Under the pieces are notes generated by a model, which had not been told where the DNA came from, made no database searches, and worked only from the letters and a program-made list of their open reading frames with translations. Below are positions 58,172-64,000 of a stretch of DNA of 64,000 nt, piece after piece; positions within the stretch are counted from its first letter, which is position 1; the number at the start of each line of letters is the position of its first letter. The position numbers were made by a program, and so were the translations under genes. Source of the DNA: Chitinophagales bacterium (lineage in GTDB: Bacteria; Bacteroidota; Bacteroidia; Chitinophagales; JADIYW01); NCBI GenBank assembly GCA_023957245.1, contig JAMLHJ010000004.1:78970-142969 (forward strand), written 5' to 3'.

Positions 58172-59326
58172 ATGTTTAAAAGATTTTTTAATTTATTATT
58201 TATTACCTTAATATTTTCTTCTTGTACAGTCTTGCAACAAGCAGCTGAAAATCAGAAAAAGAACCAAGCAGCTAATAAAACGGGCAATGCTGGTCAAGGT
58301 CAAGGTCAACCAAAACAACAAAATAACAGAGATGTTTATAATCCTAATGGAGAAAGATACCGTGATAAGGTATTTAATGCTTATGATAAAACCACAGAGA
58401 CTTTTTTAGCTGGAGTTTCTACTTGGGATAATAAGAAGGCTAATTTAGTAATAGATATCTATTCTCCTCAAGGTGATACCCATAATAAAGGAAGAGCATG
58501 TATTATTTTTTATTATGGTGGAGCGTGGGCTTCAAAAATGAAAAATGGTATAGATGTATTTAATAGTGAATTTGCTATGAGAGGATATGTGGCAATTTCA
58601 GGTGATTATAGAGTAGGATTTCCTCAGTCTAATGTTGCATTATTGTGCGTTGGAGATGTAGCGAAAAATATGACTGAAGCTGCATTTAGAGGTTTTCAAG
58701 ATACTAAAGCATTAATCAGATATGTAAGAGCCAATGCTGTTAGATTGGGCATTGATCCTGATAAAATTTATGTCTCTGGAGGTAGTGCTGGAGGTGGAAA
58801 TGCTGTAGGTGCTACTTATTTTCAAGATAATGAAGTTCCTAGAGATGTGGCAGCTAAAATAGGCAAATTGGAATCTGTGGGTCAATTTCAAAATGTAAGC
58901 TCCAAACCCAATGGTATCATTAGCTTAGCTGGTCCTTTGATGGGAGATCCAAAGAATATTGAAAAACAAAATGTCCCAGTTTATCTTTTACAAGGTCAAT
59001 GTGATGAATTGATTCCATGGAATTATGAGAAAGCTTTTCCACATTGTAAAGGAAATAATGTTCCAGTAGTTTCAGGTTGTAATGCTATGTACAATAGATT
59101 GAAAGAAGTAGGAGAGACGGTATGGTTTGATATGGTATGTGGCGGAGGTCATGATGCTTTCGGTTGGGGTGTTGTTGAACTCAATAGAAGAATGGCAAAT
59201 TTTTGTTACTTGGTCATGAATAATAAAATGGTGACTGGTCAGAATGTATTTATTCCTGCTAAGTCTTCATGTGCAGGCAAAACATTCCCAGAGTGTGAAG
59301 CAATATTGCAAAAGATGAAAAAGTAA
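58172..59326 (+). CDS. lipoprotein alpha/beta-hydrolase (esterase)
   Basis: The track ORF starts at TTG 58163; ATG 58172 gives MFKRFFNLLFITLIFSSC (lipobox). It has a Gln/Gly/Asn-rich linker and the nucleophile elbow GGSAGG. Confidence 0.65.
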   Translation: MFKRFFNLLFITLIFSSCTVLQQAAENQKKNQAANKTGNAGQGQGQPKQQNNRDVYNPNGERYRDKVFNAYDKTTETFLAGVSTWDNKKANLVIDIYSPQGDTHNKGRACIIFYYGGAWASKMKNGIDVFNSEFAMRGYVAISGDYRVGFPQSNVALLCVGDVAKNMTEAAFRGFQDTKALIRYVRANAVRLGIDPDKIYVSGGSAGGGNAVGATYFQDNEVPRDVAAKIGKLESVGQFQNVSSKPNGIISLAGPLMGDPKNIEKQNVPVYLLQGQCDELIPWNYEKAFPHCKGNNVPVVSGCNAMYNRLKEVGETVWFDMVCGGGHDAFGWGVVELNRRMANFCYLVMNNKMVTGQNVFIPAKSSCAGKTFPECEAILQKMKK

Positions 59327-59344
59327 TTTTTTACATAATAATAT

Positions 59345-59375
59345 AGAGGCTATCATTTGTGGTAGCCTCTTTTTT
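59345..59375 (+). terminator. intrinsic terminator after the esterase gene
   Basis: AGAGGCTA / TAGCCTCT stem, followed by TTTTT. Confidence 0.7.
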
Positions 59376-59522
59376 ATTAAATATTTGGTATTTTATGCAA
59401 AAATATTTATTGATATTTTTATAAGTAATAAGAGCTAGTCTGACTTTTGGGTCGTCTCATTTTTTGTTTAATTGAAATTATATTTAATATTGAGAATATT
59501 CAGTATTTTGAATTGAGTTAAT

Positions 59523-61445
59523 ATGAAATTTTTTTATAGCTGTAAATTGAAAGATGTCTTAACTGTGATGACTTGGCGATTATTGTCACTTTGTCTAATG
59601 GTTCTCTATGTTGAGAATTTTTCATTTGTTGAAGCTAGCACATTGCCCGATAAAATAGTTTATCTATATAATCAGCCTTTGAAATTAAGCGACCCAAAAG
59701 AAGTGCTTTCAAAGATTGAAAATGGAGAATATACAGATACACTTTTCAAAGGTCCTCTTAAAATTGCCCAATCGCATTGGGTGTTTATTCCTAAAAGCAT
59801 ATTGTTTCAGAATCTAGATATACAGTATTTTCTTTTAGGAGCATTTGATGATGCATACTTATATAAATACTCTCAAGGAACATGGGATAATCCTATAAGT
59901 ACTTCTTTATTTATAAACCATTCAAGTACTTCTTATTTGAATAGAATTTCTTTTAAACTATTTGATAATAAAGCACAAATGGCTGATTATTATCTAGTTA
60001 AGTGTATTCGTTCCAATGATTATACATTTGGCATGCTTGAAGGTCAATTGATGACAGAAAAAGGAATTGACCATTGGCTAAAAGATTTAAAAGATTCTTT
60101 GGAAACATATATTATGATGTTTTTGCCTTTTTGGGGAATATTATTTATGGCATTTATTATTCTTATTGCAAGATTTGTTATATCAAGAGATTATGCATAT
60201 TTAGTATTTGCTATTGGTAACTTTTTCTTTATACTCAATTATTATTTATTGCACTATAGTAATATTGTAATGGTAGATTATTATCCTTTGAATAATGTCA
60301 GATTAGGGATTGCTATTACTGGTCCTTCATTTATTATAGGTCAGACAATGTTTATTTTTTCATTTAGGTTTTTCTATAAAAGAAAGACACCTTTATTATT
60401 GATAGTAAAACGAATAACTTCTTATATTTCAATATATTTGGTCACTCTTTCTGTGATAAATGTGTTGATTAATTATTATTTCAGGGATTGGTTTTATTAT
60501 ACTAATTTGTTAATGTACGGTTCATTATTTATATTGATGTTTATTGTATATCTGATTCTGATTCGTTATAAGGCAGAGTTAAATGAATCAAAAGAGGGAG
60601 CACCCTATTTGTTTATTTTAAAAGGTAGTTATTTTCTATTTATTGCAGCAGCAGTTGGCTTATTGCTTTCTGTAATTTATGCTCATAATGTACATTATAT
60701 TAGTAATTATTTCCTTCTTTCTTTTCCATTGTTAGTGGGCATAAGCATATATAATATATTTCTTATTTTGGCATTGTTGCAAAGAGATTTTCTAATAGAA
60801 AAGGAAGTAGGGCGTATTAGCCTAATAGCGGCTGAAAATGAAAGTAGGGTTTTGCAGAGCACGCTCAATCCGCATTTTATTTTTAACAGCTTAAACCTAA
60901 TTGATTATTTTGTATATAATAAGAATTCTTCTAAAGCTAGAGAGGTGCTTTTTCAGTTTAGTGATTTATTGAGAATGGTCATAGATAGGACTTCTGAAAA
61001 AACGATTCCTCTTTCTGAAGAAATAAAAATATTGGACTTGTTTTTAAAGTTGGAAAGTTCTAGAAATATAGATTTGTTCACTTATCAAATAATAGTTGAA
61101 GAAGATTTAGATGTTGAATATATTAATATCCCACCAATGTTAGTTCAACCTTTAGTAGAAAATGCAATTAAACATGGTATTCTAAACATGACTGAAGGTA
61201 AAGGAAAAATAGATATTGAGTTTAAGCGAGTTGATATGCTTTTAGAAATCACGGTTAAAGATAATGGTGTGGGTTTTATTTCATTAAAAGATGATTCAAT
61301 GAGAGAGATTGAAGGTAGAAAGCATTTGGGAATGAACTTGACTAGAAGGAGATTGGAGTTATTTTCTCAAGATGCTAGTATGACAGTTGATAATATCATA
61401 AAAGGACACGGAACTATTGTGAAGATTAAAATTCCAATTGTATGA
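59523..61445 (+). CDS. LytS/YehU-type sensor histidine kinase with 7TMR-DISM-like N-terminal module
   Basis: 640 aa with an extracytoplasmic domain, about 7 TM segments, a His_kinase motif (LNPHFIFNSLN) and an HATPase_c domain (VENAIKHG, DNGVGF). Confidence 0.85.
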   Translation: MKFFYSCKLKDVLTVMTWRLLSLCLMVLYVENFSFVEASTLPDKIVYLYNQPLKLSDPKEVLSKIENGEYTDTLFKGPLKIAQSHWVFIPKSILFQNLDIQYFLLGAFDDAYLYKYSQGTWDNPISTSLFINHSSTSYLNRISFKLFDNKAQMADYYLVKCIRSNDYTFGMLEGQLMTEKGIDHWLKDLKDSLETYIMMFLPFWGILFMAFIILIARFVISRDYAYLVFAIGNFFFILNYYLLHYSNIVMVDYYPLNNVRLGIAITGPSFIIGQTMFIFSFRFFYKRKTPLLLIVKRITSYISIYLVTLSVINVLINYYFRDWFYYTNLLMYGSLFILMFIVYLILIRYKAELNESKEGAPYLFILKGSYFLFIAAAVGLLLSVIYAHNVHYISNYFLLSFPLLVGISIYNIFLILALLQRDFLIEKEVGRISLIAAENESRVLQSTLNPHFIFNSLNLIDYFVYNKNSSKAREVLFQFSDLLRMVIDRTSEKTIPLSEEIKILDLFLKLESSRNIDLFTYQIIVEEDLDVEYINIPPMLVQPLVENAIKHGILNMTEGKGKIDIEFKRVDMLLEITVKDNGVGFISLKDDSMREIEGRKHLGMNLTRRRLELFSQDASMTVDNIIKGHGTIVKIKIPIV

Positions 61446-62191
61446 AAATAGCTTATATAATTGATGATGAAATGCCATCTGCATTGTTGTTAAGAGATAA
61501 ACTACTAGCAACTACTGACTATTTTGATAAAATTGAAATATTCACAAACCCGGCTGAGGGATATCGAGCTATTCAATTACAATGTCCAAATATTGTTTTT
61601 TCTGATATTAATATGCCAGGAATTAAAGGATTGGATTTGCATGCACTTATTGCTAATTACAATATTTCATTTGTATATGTTACTGCGTATTCTAATTATA
61701 CTATTGATGCATTGAGATTACAGGCTTTTGATTATTTAATGAAACCTGTTAAGGAAGAAGAATTGGCATCAACAATAAGGAGATTTATTGTCAATAATGA
61801 AGGAAAGGAGATAGATAAAATTCATATTGTAGAAAGACCATCTTTACAAGATATTATATTGAAACAAAAGGAAAAGTTGCAAGTGAGCACAATAGAGAGT
61901 GTTCATTTTCTGAATATTGAGACAATTGTAAAAATTGAAGCAGATAATAACTATTCCAAATTTACTTTTATTGACTCCAAAGATATATTAGTGTCTAAAA
62001 CCTTGAAATATTTTGAAAATCAGTTGTCTGATTATGGTTTTGTAAGAGTTCATAAATCTTTCCTTGTCAATATTATGTATGTCGATAAATTATTAAATAA
62101 AGATGGTGGTTGTTTGTTGCTCAAGAATGGTGACGAGATATTAATCAATAAGGAGAAAAGAGATGAAATCAAGAAGTGGTTTTCTCTCTAA
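61442..62191 (+). CDS. LytTR-family response regulator
   Basis: 249 aa with a receiver domain (IIDDE, SDINMPG, K at MKP) plus a C-terminal LytTR DNA-binding domain (FVRVHKSFLVN). ATGA overlap with the kinase gene. Confidence 0.9.
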   Translation: MKIAYIIDDEMPSALLLRDKLLATTDYFDKIEIFTNPAEGYRAIQLQCPNIVFSDINMPGIKGLDLHALIANYNISFVYVTAYSNYTIDALRLQAFDYLMKPVKEEELASTIRRFIVNNEGKEIDKIHIVERPSLQDIILKQKEKLQVSTIESVHFLNIETIVKIEADNNYSKFTFIDSKDILVSKTLKYFENQLSDYGFVRVHKSFLVNIMYVDKLLNKDGGCLLLKNGDEILINKEKRDEIKKWFSL

Positions 62192-62389
62192 GTTCATATT
62201 GTTGAAACTATCTCTTACTCAATAAATCGCCTTGTTTACTCATTCAGATGATGGATTCCATAAGTAGCTATGATTTGTTATAATAAAATACTCAACTTTA
62301 CAATTCATTTTGATTTCGATTATTCAAAGTGTTAGTGTGTGTTAAGTAAGAATGTTTTTATTTGCGACATGAGTAAGAACATCAAAATT

Positions 62390-62420
62390 AAGTGGTTACT
62401 TTTTTGTAGCCACTTTTTTA
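62390..62420 (+). terminator. orphan terminator-like hairpin ~200 nt downstream of the response-regulator gene
   Basis: AAGTGGTTAC / GTAGCCACTT stem (one G-U pair), T6 loop, followed by TTTTT. Confidence 0.5.
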
Positions 62421-62501
62421 TTTGATATACATGTTCATTCTCTCCTGAATTTGACAATGAAATAGAGTGAAATAGCCATTACTTAAAATTGTATTTATCT
62501 A

Positions 62502-63674
62502 TTAAAACTGCATGTCTCTCCAACTCCAAATGCTATATTTTGTACGTTTTTGATTTTCATTGCCACCATATATAAGTACCTTTTGTGCTGCAGGGCGATC
62601 GGCTATATCTTCAAATTTATTGAGTTGGTTGAAAAGTGCAGGTTGGATGGTTTGCGTAGTTTTTATCTCAAAAAGATGATAAGCTTGTACGGATTCGTAT
62701 AGCAAATCTATTTCATTACGGTTGCTGTCCTGCCAAAAATAAAACTCCTGCTGTAAATATCTATGATAGTTTTGTTTCACAAACTCTCCTATTACTAAAT
62801 TTTCAAATACTTGCCCTTTAAAAGAACTCAACTCCAAGTCCTGAGAGTTTTTTAAACCCAGAATATGGCTAAGCAGGCCTGTGTCATAAAAATATAGCTT
62901 AGGACTTTTGATAATTCGTTTTTTAAAATTAGAATAATACGGTTGTAGTAGAAAAACAATATAACTGCTCTGTAAAACTGTCAGCCAATTTTTTGCAGTT
63001 GTATGAGAAACACCTACAGACTTTGCGATAGAATTAAGATTCAGTATATCACCTGCATTGTGAGCACATATTTTTATAAATGCTCTAAATAATTCCAGAT
63101 TTTGTACATTCACTATCTCTGTGACATCTCTCTCCAAGTAACTTGAGATATAGTTGCCATAAAAGATTCTCGGTTGTATATCCCTGTCATATATTGCTGG
63201 ATAAAAACCTTTGATACAAGCTTCTGTAAAGGAATCTGCTAAAATATTTTCATGCTTTAGTTCAGTACAATCAAATGGCATCAGTTTAAACAGTATCACT
63301 CTTCCCGCAAGTGTCTGTGTAATATTCTGTAACAAGTGAAAGTTTTGAGAGCCAGACAGGATGTATTGCCCCATTATTTTAGAGTTATCGACACGAGTTT
63401 GTATATATGAGAATAGTTCTGGTACTCTTTGAACTTCATCCAAAATGACGTACTTGTCATAAGTTTCAAAAAAACCATTTGGATCACTCTTTGCAAAATC
63501 CCGGATGTCTGGGTTTTCTAAAGATATATACCTATAATCTTTAAATACACTCTTTAAAAGAGTTGTTTTACCCGATTGGCGTGGACCTGTCAATGCAAGT
63601 ATTGGAAATTTTTCTTTTTGTTCCAAAATTTGATTGATAATATTTCTATGTATGTAACTATCACTCATGTTCAA
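62502..63674 (-). CDS. AAA-type ATPase with C-terminal DUF4143 domain
   Basis: 390 aa with Walker A GPRQSGKTT and Walker B ILDEVQ. The architecture is typical of AAA_14 + DUF4143 'ATP-binding protein'. Confidence 0.8.
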   Translation of the reverse strand: MNMSDSYIHRNIINQILEQKEKFPILALTGPRQSGKTTLLKSVFKDYRYISLENPDIRDFAKSDPNGFFETYDKYVILDEVQRVPELFSYIQTRVDNSKIMGQYILSGSQNFHLLQNITQTLAGRVILFKLMPFDCTELKHENILADSFTEACIKGFYPAIYDRDIQPRIFYGNYISSYLERDVTEIVNVQNLELFRAFIKICAHNAGDILNLNSIAKSVGVSHTTAKNWLTVLQSSYIVFLLQPYYSNFKKRIIKSPKLYFYDTGLLSHILGLKNSQDLELSSFKGQVFENLVIGEFVKQNYHRYLQQEFYFWQDSNRNEIDLLYESVQAYHLFEIKTTQTIQPALFNQLNKFEDIADRPAAQKVLIYGGNENQKRTKYSIWSWRDMQF

Positions 63675-63692
63675 TACAAATATAATGGTTAA

Positions 63693-63802
63693 TTTTCAAA
63701 ATACATAGAAATTATTTTCAAAATACATAAAGAATATTTGCAGAATACATAAAAATTATTTGCAAAATGCATAGAAATTATTTGCAAAATACATAAAGTA
63801 TT
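63693..63802. repeat. five tandem 22-bp iteron-like repeats
   Basis: Units at 63693, 63715, 63737, 63759 and 63781, with consensus TTT[TG]CAAAATACATA[GA]AAATTA. The array starts 19 nt upstream of the ATPase start codon. Confidence 0.85.
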
Positions 63803-64000
63803 TGTTGGTAAATAGTTGATAATGAGGATTGTGTTTCGTTCTTACTAATCTCTGATTAAATTAATGCAATTAGATATCTTCTTTGAGAGAAGCGTGTAAA
63901 AATATAGAGTTGAAACTAGGGTATAATTGAGCTGGTAAAAACATCTGAAAGAAAGTGCTTTTTGGCTCTCTTTACTTCTTGAGGCATGAGATAGCCCGTT

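Noticed and set aside
63693-63802. Possible CRISPR array.
   Set aside because: The 22-bp units are contiguous with no spacers, there are only five, and no cas genes are in view. This is a plain tandem repeat or iteron array.
63845-64000. Minus-strand frame open from the window edge to TAG at 63845 (…ALSFRCFYQLNYTLVSTLYFYTLLSKKISNCINLIRD*).
   Set aside because: Only 51 codons are visible and nothing in them is recognisable. From this fragment I cannot tell a real gene 3' end from chance.

Overview
Low-GC chromosomal segment with Bacteroidota hallmarks: recurring TAnnTTTG -7 promoter boxes, two T9SS C-terminal sorting domains, fused SecDF and a FISUMP lipoprotein. About 80% is ordinary housekeeping. 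This includes nrnA, ndk, ilvD, rpsO-pnp, sdhCAB, queA, secDF, a pheA-aminotransferase-tyrA-DAHP synthase/chorismate mutase operon, tRNA-Arg(CCT), ald, tsaE, priA and dcp. It also includes an M16 and an M28 peptidase, a LytS/LytTR two-component pair and several secreted hydrolases. I see no rRNA, CRISPR array, transposase, integrase or recognisable prophage or defence island. Seven things stand out. (1) A 2.67-kb surface-fibre gene (about 33 copies of a 17-aa repeat plus an S74-type C-terminal chaperone domain) lies between priA and dcp, bracketed by near-identical 366/487-bp non-coding direct repeats. (2) A 13-codon Phe/Tyr-rich leader peptide plus an intrinsic terminator sits in front of the aromatic amino-acid operon. 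(3) Three tandem paralogues of a 'predicted metal-dependent hydrolase' carry an E...ExxH...E...ExxH pattern. Two of them are preceded by the same palindrome at the same spacing, and an HNH-like/AP2-domain protein is adjacent. (4) A hicAB module next to the tRNA has ACG where the toxin's start Met is expected. (5) Five tandem 22-bp iteron-like repeats abut an AAA/DUF4143 ATPase gene. (6) There is a translationally coupled MbnP-like / di-haem peroxidase pair. (7) Several G+C-richer structured intergenic elements are present. All functional calls come from reading the translated ORFs and motifs by eye; no database search was possible.
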